Shown here piece by piece: positions 1 through 9,910 of a stretch of DNA of 64,000 bases. The stretch's first letter is position 1. The number at the start of each line of letters is the position of its first letter. The stretch spans positions 576,001-640,000 of the forward strand of contig CAWFJP010000014.1 in NCBI GenBank assembly GCA_963816145.1, given 5' to 3'. The translations under genes and the position numbers were made by a program. This DNA comes from an uncultured delta proteobacterium. GTDB lineage: Bacteria > Desulfobacterota > Binatia > UBA9968. The notes under the pieces were generated by a model that was not told the origin of the DNA, searched no databases, and saw nothing but the letters and a program-made list of their open reading frames with translations.

Positions 1-1107
1 GTAGATGGCGTCGACTTGGTGATCGAGGTAGACGCGGATTTTGCTCATTAGCGGGCGCAGCGACGGATCGCGGTAGGCCGATTCTTCGAACGCGGCGACC
101 GAGATGGTGCCGTCGACCAAGACTTTGGCAAAGATGTAGGGCAGGCTGTGATCGGCGGTCTCGCGGGTCTTGGGGTCCCACTTTTCCGGTTCGCTGCCGA
201 TCTCGGTGTAGCAGAAAGTGTAGACGCCGATCTCGATGTCGCGCAGCTCCTGCCATTTCACTTTCTCGCGCAGCTCGAGCGCGCCCCACACCGGCAATTG
301 CCCGTTGTATTCCACCGGCCAGTATTTCAAGCGCGTTACCGGCGCTTGATACGGGCCCCCTTCGGTGGGCAAGGGCGTGAGTTGAAAAGGCCCGGTGATC
401 AGATCCCACAGGCCATGTTTGCCCTCGAAAGGCTTATCGGCGCCGGTCATGCCTTCGCCGGCGAGCAGGGCGGCGAACATGCCATTGCGCGCGGCGTAGG
501 CGGTGGCGACGCCTTTCCACAACGATAGTTCCCCGGCGCGGGTGTTGCGCATGGGGACATTGGCGACTGCGATGATAGCGATGGCTTCAGCCAATTGCTC
601 ACGCGTCAGGTTCAGTAGATGACCGACACCGGCGGCAACGCCGATGCCGACGGCGAAACCCTGATCCCAACCTTTATAGCGCAAATGGGTGGCGTCGCTC
701 AGACGCAGAAACAGCTCATAGGCGATGACCAAACTCTCGATGAGTTGCTTGCCGTCGGCTTGCGCTGACTCGGCGATGGCTAAGAATGCGCCCAGACAAT
801 CGCTCGGATGGCCGCCGGGATATTCGTCGTTGAAATCCAGATTGCGGATCATTGCAGTATTTACAAATGCGGCCGTCTCGGCGGTCGACATTACCCCATG
901 GCAAATAATCCGCCCGGGATACTTGAGCGGCGCGGCGCCGCGCGCCAGCCGTAGTCCCATCTGCGCCGGTTCGCAGTCATGTGCGGCGATGGCGCAGGCG
1001 AGACTATCGACCATGAAGCGGGTTGCCGCGGCAACGACGTCGTGGGGCAGCTGAGCGAATTTTAACTCGTAAGCGAAGTTGGCGATCTGGCATGTGAGAT
1101 TGTCCAT
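1..1107 (-). CDS. MmgE/PrpD family protein (runs off the left window edge)
   Basis: Manual translation from ATG 1107: MDNLTCQIANFAYELKFAQLPHDVV...VDSLACAIAA...AAFVNTAMIRNLDFNDEYPGGHPSD...SLWKGVATA. Absent from the ORF track because no stop falls inside the window. Confidence 0.88.
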   Translation of the reverse strand, partial: MDNLTCQIANFAYELKFAQLPHDVVAAATRFMVDSLACAIAAHDCEPAQMGLRLARGAAPLKYPGRIICHGVMSTAETAAFVNTAMIRNLDFNDEYPGGHPSDCLGAFLAIAESAQADGKQLIESLVIAYELFLRLSDATHLRYKGWDQGFAVGIGVAAGVGHLLNLTREQLAEAIAIIAVANVPMRNTRAGELSLWKGVATAYAARNGMFAALLAGEGMTGADKPFEGKHGLWDLITGPFQLTPLPTEGGPYQAPVTRLKYWPVEYNGQLPVWGALELREKVKWQELRDIEIGVYTFCYTEIGSEPEKWDPKTRETADHSLPYIFAKVLVDGTISVAAFEESAYRDPSLRPLMSKIRVYLDHQVDAIY

Positions 1108-1177
1108 GAGTTGTTGCTCTCTTTGTGTCGACGGCTATTGGCCCTGCGGGCAATGCAGAATCTCTGAGAGAGACTAC

Positions 1178-1258
1178 TCACCACGAAGGCACGAAGGACA
1201 CGAAGGGTTCGGATAATTAAAGCTCCTAACTTCGTGCTCTTCGTGTCCTTCGTGGTGA
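1178..1258. repeat. Type A palindromic tandem element (CACGAAG units, ~9-bp period)
   Basis: TCACCACGAAGGCACGAAGGACACGAAG...CTTCGTGCTCTTCGTGTCCTTCGTGGTGA; related copies at 11282, 42334 and 47616. Confidence 0.9.
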
Positions 1259-1307
1259 AAAAGAGTTTTCTCAGTTTGGCGAAGCGTGTTGTGATTGCTA
1301 ATGCACG

Positions 1308-2417
1308 CTACTTCAGTAACTCATTGGCCAGTTTGATCGCCTTGGGCCAGAGTTGGGTGAGCACTTCTTCGCTCGAGTTTTCCCGTTTTTGATTTTCCTC
1401 GAAACTTAAAAAATCCTTCGATGCCCTGGTGCCAAACTCCGTGAGCCATTTGGTGTCGACATCGAGCCGGCGCGTCGCTTGGCCCATCGCCTTGCCGTAG
1501 GTCTCTTGGCCTTCTTTGCTGAGCAGCCAATTGACGAATACTTTGGTGGCGTTGGGGTGGCTGGAGTTTTTCACCACCGACAAGGCACCGCTGCCGCTGC
1601 TCGTGTAGCTGCCTTCTTTGGCTTCGGGCAGCGGCTTGATCGGCAGGTTGGCTTTAATGAACGGCGCCAGCGTGTAATAGGTGAGGCCGATGGTGATGGC
1701 GAAGCGCCCCTTCGCGAGGCCCTCTCCGAGCAGCCGTTGTTCACGGGAGAGCGTCATCTCCTGGGTTGCCAGCTTGCGCAAAAATTCTTCGCCCTTGACC
1801 TTGTAGAAAAACGCCCAGCTCGAAGTGCCGCCGCCGGCGGTACGCGGATCGAGGATGGCGATCTTGCCTTTCCACTTGGGATTGAGCAGGTCATCGAACC
1901 CGCGATATTCGTCGGCCTTTACGAGCTGGGTGTTGTGCCAAAAATTTTCCGACTGGTAGGCCTGGAACGAATAGAGGTGTTTTTTCGCGTTGTCGGCCCA
2001 GACATGGCCGCCGTACCAACGTTTAGGATCTCTCACTTCGGGCAGCATCCATAAGGGTTCGATGGGTTCGAGGATGCCGGCATTCAATAAATTCAAAGGC
2101 GTCAACGAGCCGCTGATCAATACGTCGAAGTAGCGCACGCCGGCGGCATGCTCGGCGGCGATCTTGCTGGCGTTGGCCGGACCGCGGCCGGTGGCAAGCT
2201 CGATGTCGATGGCGGGATAACGCTTGCTGAATGTATCGTCCAGTGCTTTGCGCAGCTCGGCGCTCGCGGGAATGCCGGCGACGACTTTGCCTTCCTTGTT
2301 GGCGGCTTCGACGGTCTTTTCCCATTCCGATTGGGCGCGCGCGCTCAATATCGGTATTAGCAGACTGCCCAGTAGTGCAAGTATTAGATGGGGTTTTAGC
2401 ATTTGTGTCACGCGCAC
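1308..2417 (-). CDS. ABC-type extracellular solute-binding protein (Fe3+/thiamine-like, SBP_bac_6/8)
   Basis: Signal peptide; WEKTVEAANKEG, DLLNPKWKGKI and HPNATKVFVNWLLSKEGQ motifs. Alternative start at ATG 2402. Confidence 0.88.
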   Translation of the reverse strand: MRVTQMLKPHLILALLGSLLIPILSARAQSEWEKTVEAANKEGKVVAGIPASAELRKALDDTFSKRYPAIDIELATGRGPANASKIAAEHAAGVRYFDVLISGSLTPLNLLNAGILEPIEPLWMLPEVRDPKRWYGGHVWADNAKKHLYSFQAYQSENFWHNTQLVKADEYRGFDDLLNPKWKGKIAILDPRTAGGGTSSWAFFYKVKGEEFLRKLATQEMTLSREQRLLGEGLAKGRFAITIGLTYYTLAPFIKANLPIKPLPEAKEGSYTSSGSGALSVVKNSSHPNATKVFVNWLLSKEGQETYGKAMGQATRRLDVDTKWLTEFGTRASKDFLSFEENQKRENSSEEVLTQLWPKAIKLANELLK

Positions 2418-2421
2418 GCTG

Positions 2422-2524
2422 GTTCAAGGTTCAAAAGTTCAAGGTCGGAGGGGAGGAGGATGTCCGAACTTTGAACCATTGAACCCTTCGGCATACTCAG
2501 GGCAGGCTCTTGAACTTTTGAACG
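2422..2524. repeat. Type D palindromic tandem element (TTCAA.../TTGAAC units) with a nested CCTTCGGCATACTCAGGGCAGGC element
   Basis: GTTCAAGGTTCAAAAGTTCAAGG ... ACTTTGAACCATTGAAC[insert]TTGAACTTTTGAAC. A related insert recurs at 30874. Confidence 0.8.
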
Positions 2525-2557
2525 GTCTTCAAATAACGCGGAGCGTTATTTGAAGAC
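2525..2557 (-). terminator. Perfect 15-bp hairpin overlapping a stop codon
   Basis: GTCTTCAAATAACGC-GGA-GCGTTATTTGAAGAC, with no strong U tract. Confidence 0.45.
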
Positions 2558-3659
2558 ATCTTCGGCAATCTTCGTCGCAGCCGCCCAGTATTTGCCGACG
2601 GTTTCCTCGCCGTAGTTTTCCAAGCGGTTGTTTTCTTCGACGGTCAGGATAATCTTTGGAAGCGCGCACGCCGTGGGCGGCCATCCATTTGGTATCGACA
2701 TCGAGGCGTCGGGTGGCTTGCCCCATCGCCTTGCCGTAGATCTCTTGACCTTCTTTGCTGAACAGCCAGTTGACGAAAACTTTGGTCGCGTTGGGATGCG
2801 GCGAGTTCTTAACGATCGAGGTGGCGCTGCTGCCGCAGCTGGTGTAGGTGCCTTCTTTCATGTCGGGCAGCGGTTTGACCGGCAGGCCGGCCTTCAAGAA
2901 CGGTGCAAATGTGTAGTAGGTGAGTCCGATGGTGATGGCAACCTTGCCCTTGGCCAAGCTGTCGGCGAGCTGGCGCTGATCGCGCGATAGAAACATATCT
3001 TGCGCCGCGAGTTTTCTCAGCCACTCTTCGCCTTTGGTTTTCAGAAAAAATGCCCAGGTCGCCGTGCCAGCGCCGGGGCTGCGCGGGTCGAGGATGCCGA
3101 TCTTGCCTTTGAATTTGGGCAACAGCAGGTCGTCGTAGGAGCGGGCCTCTTCGGGCTTCATCATAGTCGCGTTGTGCCAGATGTTTTCCGACTGATAGAC
3201 CTGAAAGGCGTAGATATATTTCTTGGCGTTGTCGAGCCAGACATGGCCGCCGAACCAGCGCGCCGGGTCGCGAACTTCCGGCAGCATAAGCAGCGGTTCT
3301 ATGGGTTCGAGGATCCCCGCTTTGAGCAAATTGAACGGCGTCGATGTGCCGCTGATCAATAGATCGAAGTAACGCACGCCGGCAGCATGTTCGGCGGCGA
3401 TCTTGCCGGCATTGCTTGGGCCACGCGATGCGCTCAGGTCGAGCTCGATGCCGGGATATTGCTTGGGAAATACTTCGGTGATCGCCCTGCGCAACTCGGC
3501 GCTGGCGGGAATCGCCGCCACCAGCTTGCCTTCCTTTTTGGCGGCTTCGACGGTCCTGTCCCACTCGGAGGATGTCGATCTAACCTCGCCGGTGAAAACC
3601 CGAGGCGCGGAGAGCGCCAAGATCGACAAGATTAGAATCCACAGGCGAAGTATTTTCAT
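2546..3659 (-). CDS. ABC-type extracellular solute-binding protein, tandem paralog of 1308..2417 (frameshift near 2648)
   Basis: Closely similar to its neighbour. Removing one C at ~2648 restores SKDYLTVEENNRLENYGEETVGKYWAAATKIAEDVFK*, which matches the paralog C-terminus. Confidence 0.85.
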
Positions 3660-3949
3660 AATCGCTCCTCAATGCGCGAGACCCGTGATCGGCAACCGTT
3701 GAAACCGTTCCAATCTGACGTGGCAGCGCGCTACTGTCAAGGAAGTCATTAAACCAGAGCTAATTCTTTGCACTGCGAAAAAACTAGATCCAACTGACTG
3801 ATCAGGGGACAACTAAGATTCTTTCTGAAACCCAGCCCCGCGACCGCGCAATGATAGAATTGATTTCAAAATATCCCAATGGCCGGATCTTTGATCGGTC
3901 GGCCGCCATGAATAGAAATGTCGCAGAGAGAGTGGGATCGTGTCGAGCA

Positions 3950-4642
3950 CTAACCGTTTCGAAACAATTCTCTCGGCCAGATCGATAACGCTCTGCGATT
4001 GAATCCATACACTACAGAGAGAACAAAGAAGGAAAATAATACAAGCGCAAAAGCCGTCTGACCCGCTCCTGCGTAGTCCAAAGCCTGAACCTTATCGTAG
4101 ATATCGATCGAAATTGTTCGGGTCACGCCTTCGATGTTGCCACCGACCATCAGCACTACGCCGAATTCGCCAAGAGTGTGGGCGAAACTTAGTACAACTG
4201 CCGTGATGATCCCCTCCACTGAGAGCGGCAGGGTGATGCGAAGGACGGTCGCAAGACGTGACGCGCCGCAGGTCCAAGACGCCTCGATTAACCGTGTATC
4301 CAGTGCTCGGAAGGCGACAGTGAGCGGCTGAACGGCAAACGGGAAACTGTAAAGGACGGACGCAACCACTAACCCTTCAAAACTAAATGCCAACCGGTGA
4401 CCCAGCAGCGTCTCGTACGTCTGTCCGAATAGACTATATGGACCGGTAGCGACCAGGATGTAATACCCCAAAACGGTCGGTGGCAGTATTAGCGGTAGCG
4501 CGAAAGTAGTCTCAACCAAAAATTTCCAGCGTCGCTGGCGCGCAAAAACAAGCCAATAGGACACCGGCGTAGCCATGACCAGCAGAATCAGAGTCGTCAA
4601 GCCGGCCAATTTGATCGTCGTTTGAATAGCAACCCAATTCAC
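3950..4642 (-). CDS. modB: Molybdate ABC transporter permease
   Basis: LPLILPPTVLGYY, EAA-type loop, FAHTLGEFGVVLMVGGNIEGVTRT; overlaps the modA stop. Confidence 0.95.
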   Translation of the reverse strand: MNWVAIQTTIKLAGLTTLILLVMATPVSYWLVFARQRRWKFLVETTFALPLILPPTVLGYYILVATGPYSLFGQTYETLLGHRLAFSFEGLVVASVLYSFPFAVQPLTVAFRALDTRLIEASWTCGASRLATVLRITLPLSVEGIITAVVLSFAHTLGEFGVVLMVGGNIEGVTRTISIDIYDKVQALDYAGAGQTAFALVLFSFFVLSVVYGFNRRALSIWPRELFRNG

Positions 4643-5442
4643 TTCTCTGCCGCCTTGTCGATTTGATTAGGCAAGACAAACCCATAGCGTCTGAGTATTG
4701 CTTGCCCCGCAGGGGCTTTAACCCAACTGTAGAAACTACGCACCGCGTCGAGATTTCTTTTCGTTTGTGCGGCCTTTAGAATCACCGCCCCCTGTTCAAT
4801 GCGAGGATAGGCGTCCGGAGGGATTTCCCAAAATCTCCCTGTTTGTTTTACTGTCGGCGCAACTGCGAGCGAAAGGGCGATGATTCCGATATCGGCGCTG
4901 CCGGATTGAACGAATTGCGCTGTCTGAGAAATGTTCTCGCCCAGGACGAATTTGTGCTTCACCTGTTCGTAGATACCGAAATGTTTAAGGGCTGCCACCG
5001 CCGCACGGCCGTAGGGTGCATGCTCTGGATTGGCAATCGCCAATTTCTGAGTGGACGAATGGAGGAGGGCTTTAATTTTCAACTCTTCAACGCCGATCGG
5101 TGAACCGTTCGGCACCCAAATAACGATCCGGCCCAGCGCATACATGAACAGCGTGCCTGCCACGGTAAGATTGGCCTCGTCGAGTTTGCGGGGATAATCG
5201 ATATCCGCCGAAAAGAACAGTTCAAAAGGTGCGCCGTTGGCGATTTGAGAGTAGAAATTTCCAGAAGAGCCCAATGAAAGCTTGATGGAGTTCCCGGTTT
5301 TCTTTTCGTAATCCAATGCGATTTCCTTTATCGCGAAATTCAAATCGGCCGCTGCTGCGACCAGCACGTCTGCAGCCTTCACTGGCAAATACCAGCCCAA
5401 AACCAAAAGCAGCATTAAGACAGGGGCCGATCTCTTTGGCAT
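4639..5442 (-). CDS. modA: Molybdate ABC transporter substrate-binding protein
   Basis: VAAAADL, GSSGNFYSQIANGAPFELFFSAD, IANPEHAPYGRAA, GENISQ. Confidence 0.95.
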   Translation of the reverse strand: MPKRSAPVLMLLLVLGWYLPVKAADVLVAAAADLNFAIKEIALDYEKKTGNSIKLSLGSSGNFYSQIANGAPFELFFSADIDYPRKLDEANLTVAGTLFMYALGRIVIWVPNGSPIGVEELKIKALLHSSTQKLAIANPEHAPYGRAAVAALKHFGIYEQVKHKFVLGENISQTAQFVQSGSADIGIIALSLAVAPTVKQTGRFWEIPPDAYPRIEQGAVILKAAQTKRNLDAVRSFYSWVKAPAGQAILRRYGFVLPNQIDKAAEK

Positions 5443-5467
5443 GATTCACCCTTCGTTCGTGTCACGG

Positions 5468-6616
5468 TTAACGCTGATTCCGGTCCACGACTTTGCCGAT
5501 CTCTCGGGTATCGTAACCTCCGAGCGCTTCCAGTTCCTGTCTGAACGGCTTGCTGACCATCATATCGAGCAAAACTCGCAGGCCGCTCAACGATTCGTAG
5601 TAGTCTTTCGGAATCACCAAATCGTAGCGTTCCCGCTGCAATGGCACGAAGTCCAAGCCGCAGATCGCCGCGACGGATCGGATACCGATGCCCGCGTCGG
5701 CGAGACCCGCTTTGATTCTCGACGCTACGTCCAAGTGGGACAAGACTTCATTGCTGATAGCCTTTGACGCGATTGGGTTTGATTCCTCTTCGCGGACGTT
5801 GTATCGAGGAGACGGCGTGCGCCCTAGCCTTTTTCACGGTTGACGATTCTGACCAGGGCTTGGCAAGATCGCCGGTGGCGCGGATCTTTTCTGGTCGCCT
5901 TGGCGGACGATGAAGCCTTCTTCCCAGTGGGCGAACGTAACGACGATGCATTCCATGTCGCCTAGACTGGCCTTGAGGTTCGGAAGCTCCCACGCGCCTT
6001 TATGTTCATCAGCCAAGTGGATGCCGGCGATGCGGAACCTCGCCGCGCCTTGAGAGCACCGAGCGCCATACTGCTGCCCATCACGCAGGGAACCAGGTTG
6101 TCCGGGACGTGCCTGCGCATATGCTCCGCCGCCAAGAACATTGCCGGATCGCAGCCGCCGACGACAATTTTTCGCCGCACGGCTTCACGGTCTTTGAGCA
6201 ACTTCACTTGAACCTGGTGGCTTCGCCGGTTCGCCTCGACGATAAGACCGTCCGCTGTTGCGCTTAAGCTTGCCAGTTCGCCCAGGTTCCAGCGGACGGA
6301 CCAAAATGCGGCGACCGATTTGAATCACCTGAGCCCGCGCCGGACGGTTTCCTTGCGGCATAGCGCCGAGCAGTTCGCCCTCAAGAATCTCGCCGCCTTG
6401 TTTGAGGCTAAACAAATCTTCGACGCGGCAATTGAGCGCGCGTGCGAGTTGGAGCGCAACCGAGGTGGCGGGGGAATACTGATCGGACTCCAGCGCGCTG
6501 ACCGCCTGGCGCGTGATTCCGGCAAGATCTGCCAGTTGCTTTTGTGAGAGCGCCAGCGCTTGTCGTTTTTCGTGCAAGCGGTTTTCGATCGAGATATGAG
6601 GGTTCTCAGTTTTCAT
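5468..6616 (-). CDS. XRE-type HTH plus periplasmic molybdate-binding-like (PBP) domain regulator, several frameshifts
   Basis: N-terminal HTH (LSQKQLADLAGITRQAVSALE). Consecutive ORF fragments give GCDPAM, GSSMAL, FAHWEEGFIV and SHLDVA...GLDFVPLQRERYDL. At least 4 frame breaks between ~5750 and ~6290. Confidence 0.78.
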
Positions 6617-6625
6617 GCCACCTTA

Positions 6626-6648
6626 GACAGAATAGCTACCATTATGTC
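6626..6648. promoter_or_regulatory. Candidate operator palindrome upstream of the mod regulator
   Basis: GACAGAATAGCTACCATTATGTC, 16 of 23 positions self-complementary, ~10 bp upstream of ATG 6616. Confidence 0.4.
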
Positions 6649-6789
6649 CGCTATCATGTACCAAGCATTACTGTCGAGCCAGACCTGGAATCAGGTTCTG
6701 CTCGTCGTGATTATGCAGTATCGCGCTGCGATGCAGCCTGCGCGGAAGATTAGATGGTTTTCGATTTCGGATTATCGCGCGTTTGATCG

Positions 6790-6961
6790 AGTGTGCCCAC
6801 CCAAAAGTTCGTTACATAATTCATCCGTCATTCCGGCAAGCTGGCGATAGCTAGCGCGACCCGGAATCCAGGAAAATCGCCAACCTGGATGCCGGCTTCT
6901 CCGGCATGAACGTATGAGGCCGTCTGATCTTGTTTTGCGAACTTATGGAGCAGGACACTAG
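6790..6961. mobile_element. MITE-like element with degenerate terminal inverted repeats enclosing a CGTC-type REP doublet
   Basis: Left end AGTGTGCCCACCCAAAAGTTCG versus reverse complement of right end CTAGTGTCCTGCTCCATAAGTTCG. Interior CGTCATTCCGGC...CCGGAATCCAG / CTGGATGCCGGC..CCGGCATGA. Confidence 0.55.
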
Positions 6962-7129
6962 CTCGATGCTACCCGTCCAGTGTCACAGGTTCGCGGAGTG
7001 ATCTGGGCTGAATTAATTTGCACTCCGGTGGCTTCAGAGCTCGCGGACAGGTTCATTTGGTACAGGAGGCTTTTAATCGCTGGAAAATGACCGTTGCGAC
7101 TGAGAATGACAGTAAGAAAACGAGATGTT

Positions 7130-7393
7130 TTATCCCCGCGTCGCATTCACCCCGCCGGGCTTTTTGAACCGGCGCGAGTGGCGGCTCCAGTCGCAGCCGC
7201 AGTCGTTGCAGTACCACTCGCTCATGCCTTCCCATTCTTCGCGGTCGGCGGCGACGACTAGGCCCGTGTCGATTTTACGCTGGAGAGCCGGAGTGACGAT
7301 GCCGTGGATGACCGGCACCGCAGTGAGCGAGCCGCATTCGGGGCAGGGCGGCGCTGGTTTGATGGCTTTTGTTTTGGTCGATTTCCTTGCCAT
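7130..7393 (-). CDS. Small hypothetical zinc-ribbon protein
   Basis: CPECGS ... WYCNDCGCDW (two CxxC motifs). Confidence 0.7.
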   Translation of the reverse strand: MARKSTKTKAIKPAPPCPECGSLTAVPVIHGIVTPALQRKIDTGLVVAADREEWEGMSEWYCNDCGCDWSRHSRRFKKPGGVNATRG

Positions 7394-7435
7394 TGCGAAG
7401 CGCCGGTCGTTAGCAGGCCCTTCCCCTATTTGCAG

Positions 7436-8452
7436 TTAGAGGGTCTTTCTCACTTCGTTGGCGACATCGACCAAGAGTTTTGCTTTGGCATCGGCCAGCT
7501 CCCGGGTGATCGTCATGAGGCCGCAGTCGGGGGCGAGCCAGAGATTTTTCGGCTCGATGTATTTGAGCGCGGTGCGCACGCGGTCGGCGACCTGGGCCAC
7601 TGACGGTACCGGCGCATCGCTGGGATCGACGCAGCCGAACATGACGATGCGGCCTTTGGCGATCGACAGCACCGCGGGATCGTAGCCGCTGCGGGCGAAC
7701 TCGACGCCGAAGCCGCCGATGCGCGTCTTCATCAATTCTTCGAGCAGTTCCGGGTAGGTGTATTCATGCTGCCGATCGGGATGTCCTCCAGGATAGCCGT
7801 AGCAGAGATGAACCATGGTCGGCACGGTGATGCCTTCAAGGCAGCGGTCGAGCGCTTTGGCGCCGTACGCGAAGACTTTCTCGTGATAGCGGGTCATCGC
7901 CGGCTCGTCGATTTCCAGCACGTCGCAGCCGGCGGCTTGCAGATCGCGCAGCTCTTGGTTGATCGCTGCTGCGGCATCCATCGCCATGGCGGCTTCGTCG
8001 CCATTGTAAAACTCGTCCAGCGTGCTGTCGACGATGGTCATCGGCCCGGGCACATCCATCTTGATCGGTTTGTTGGTTTGCGCCTTGGCGAATCTGAGAT
8101 CCTCGACAATCGCCTGTCGGCGCCGTGTGATCTTGCCGACGACGCGCGGCACCGGCCGCGGCTGCTCGCGCCGCCGATAGATGGTTTTCACCGCCTCATG
8201 TTCGAGGTCGATGCCGTCGAAGGAAGCCAGCACATGATTGATAAATCCGGTGCGCCGCTGCTCGCCGTCGGACAAGAGGTCGAGGCCGATCCGTTCTTGA
8301 TTATGGATGCTCAGCGCCGTGGCGTCGTCCTGCGCTTGTTTGAGTTCCGCCCCCTCAAGGCGAAACACGGCGCGGCTGCGCTCGTTTTGCGCCAGCCAAC
8401 TGGGCCGGGGGAAACTGCCGATGGTCGTGGCGGCGATCGGTGGAAGTTGCAT
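7436..8452 (-). CDS. Cobalamin-independent methionine synthase II family protein (catalytic-domain only)
   Basis: TTIGSFPRP, DGEQRR, EIDEP, zinc ligands HLC...E...APDCG; 338 aa, about half the size of full MetE. Confidence 0.88.
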   Translation of the reverse strand: MQLPPIAATTIGSFPRPSWLAQNERSRAVFRLEGAELKQAQDDATALSIHNQERIGLDLLSDGEQRRTGFINHVLASFDGIDLEHEAVKTIYRRREQPRPVPRVVGKITRRRQAIVEDLRFAKAQTNKPIKMDVPGPMTIVDSTLDEFYNGDEAAMAMDAAAAINQELRDLQAAGCDVLEIDEPAMTRYHEKVFAYGAKALDRCLEGITVPTMVHLCYGYPGGHPDRQHEYTYPELLEELMKTRIGGFGVEFARSGYDPAVLSIAKGRIVMFGCVDPSDAPVPSVAQVADRVRTALKYIEPKNLWLAPDCGLMTITRELADAKAKLLVDVANEVRKTL

Positions 8453-8519
8453 GGTTCACCTCGATGGGAGATTTGTCTTTGGCTATATATGTACCTCGTC
8501 GGAAAGACAAGGTGATTCT

Positions 8520-8553
8520 GAAATGGAGAATGGATAATGGAGAATTGAAAATG
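8520..8553. repeat. 7-bp tandem repeat arm (AATGGAG/AATGGAT/AATTGAA)
   Basis: AAATGGAGAATGGATAATGGAGAATTGAAAATG; related arm at 33897-33929. Confidence 0.7.
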
Positions 8554-8584
8554 CGAAGAAAAGTCCATTCGTCGCGGCATCGAT

Positions 8585-9307
8585 TTAGATTGAGCGCGCG
8601 GACGGCAGCGGCCATTGTCCCACTAGGGTGTTGAAAAACACTGGCACTTTCGTTTCGAAAGTCATCGGCTCGCCGCTGAAGGGATGCTTGAAGGAAATCG
8701 AGCGGGCATGAAGCGCTAGACGTTGGTAGCGTTTATGTTCTTTGCCATAGCGTTGGTCACCGACCACCGGGTGGCCGATGCCGGCGAGGTGCACGCGGAT
8801 CTGGTGTTTCCGTCCGGTCAGCAGCTCGATTTCCAGGAGCGAAAAGTCCTTGGTCTCTTTCAGCACTTTGTAGGCGGTGTGCGACAGTTTTCCTTTGCGT
8901 GCGTCGCTAGTCGTGTAGACACCATGCGCCTGGTTCTCCGCCAGGTAGGTCGTGATGGTGTCCGCGCGCTTCTCACAGCAGCCATGGACGACGGCGAGAT
9001 ATTGTTTCTTGGTGTCTTGCCATTGGTCCTGCAAACGAAACTTCGCTTGTTCGTTTTTGGCGAAGATGAGTATCCCCGAAGTCTCGCGATCGAGCCGGTG
9101 CACGATGAAAATGCGGTTCCGAGATTTCGCGACGCCCTTGCGGACGTAGTCGGTGAGAATGAAATAGGTGGTGCGCGATTTTTCGCGATCGGTGCTGATG
9201 GTCAACAAGCCAGCCGGCTTGTCAACGACGATTATGTCGCGGTCTTCATGAAGGATCTCGATGCCGCCCAAGTGATGTTTGCCACTCGGGCCAGGGTGTC
9301 TACGCAT
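8585..9307 (-). CDS. RluA family RNA pseudouridine synthase
   Basis: VDKPAGL, HRLDRETSG, TGRKHQIRVH, GHPVVGD, LALHA. Confidence 0.93.
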   Translation of the reverse strand: MRRHPGPSGKHHLGGIEILHEDRDIIVVDKPAGLLTISTDREKSRTTYFILTDYVRKGVAKSRNRIFIVHRLDRETSGILIFAKNEQAKFRLQDQWQDTKKQYLAVVHGCCEKRADTITTYLAENQAHGVYTTSDARKGKLSHTAYKVLKETKDFSLLEIELLTGRKHQIRVHLAGIGHPVVGDQRYGKEHKRYQRLALHARSISFKHPFSGEPMTFETKVPVFFNTLVGQWPLPSARSI

Positions 9308-9349
9308 CGTCAGTCTTGGTCTGCGGCTCGATGAATTGGGTTGATTCCA

Positions 9350-9652
9350 TCATAATGCTCTACGGGAACGCCGCATGACGTACTCGCGCAGCACACGATC
9401 CATGCGGGACTGCCACCCTTCGCCGGTGGACTTAAAGTACGCCAAGACCTCCCGGCTATAACGCACCGATACGAGTTGCTTCGCGCTCCCGGACTTGGGA
9501 CGCCCGCGCAGCGCTCGCATGGGCACCATGGTCTTCAATTGCTTGAGTGTTAGCGGCTGGGCGTCGGGATCAGCCTTAGCCGCTGCTGTGATGGCCTTAT
9601 CTTCTCGCACCGTAGGCATGACGACGGACGGGCGTTTAGTTGTTTTCGACAT
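9350..9652 (-). CDS. brnA: BrnA family antitoxin
   Basis: RGRPK...VSVRYSREVLAYFKSTGEGWQSRMDRVLR; overlaps brnT. Confidence 0.9.
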   Translation of the reverse strand: MSKTTKRPSVVMPTVREDKAITAAAKADPDAQPLTLKQLKTMVPMRALRGRPKSGSAKQLVSVRYSREVLAYFKSTGEGWQSRMDRVLREYVMRRSRRAL

Positions 9653-9905
9653 AGTATTTTACCTCTCGACGATTGGCTCGACGTAGGCTAATGATCCTTC
9701 GTGCCTCGCCACGGTCGACAAATGCCACGTAATAAAGAATCTCGGTTTGCGGCGCGAGGGCGATCATCCGCAACTCATCGTAGTTGAAGCGGTCGTCGAT
9801 CCAAACCAACGCCGCTTCCCAATCAAGCTCACCCGCCAGGGCCAGCGAGACGCCATGCTTGGCTCGATTCGCCACGTCTTTGGCGGGATCGAACTCGATA
9901 CGCTT
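9636..9905 (-). CDS. brnT: BrnT family ribonuclease toxin (expected ATG reads AAG)
   Basis: (K)RIEFDPAKDVANRAKHGVSL...ELRMIA...RIISLRRANRRE. Family-like sequence extends upstream of the GTG at 9875 to 9905. Confidence 0.85.
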   Translation of the reverse strand, partial: KRIEFDPAKDVANRAKHGVSLALAGELDWEAALVWIDDRFNYDELRMIALAPQTEILYYVAFVDRGEARRIISLRRANRREVKYYVENN

Positions 9906-9910
9906 GTATT

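Noticed and set aside
1178-1258. Short repeats as a CRISPR array
   Set aside because: Units are 6-9 bp, adjacent and inverted, with no unique 30-40 bp spacers and no cas genes.
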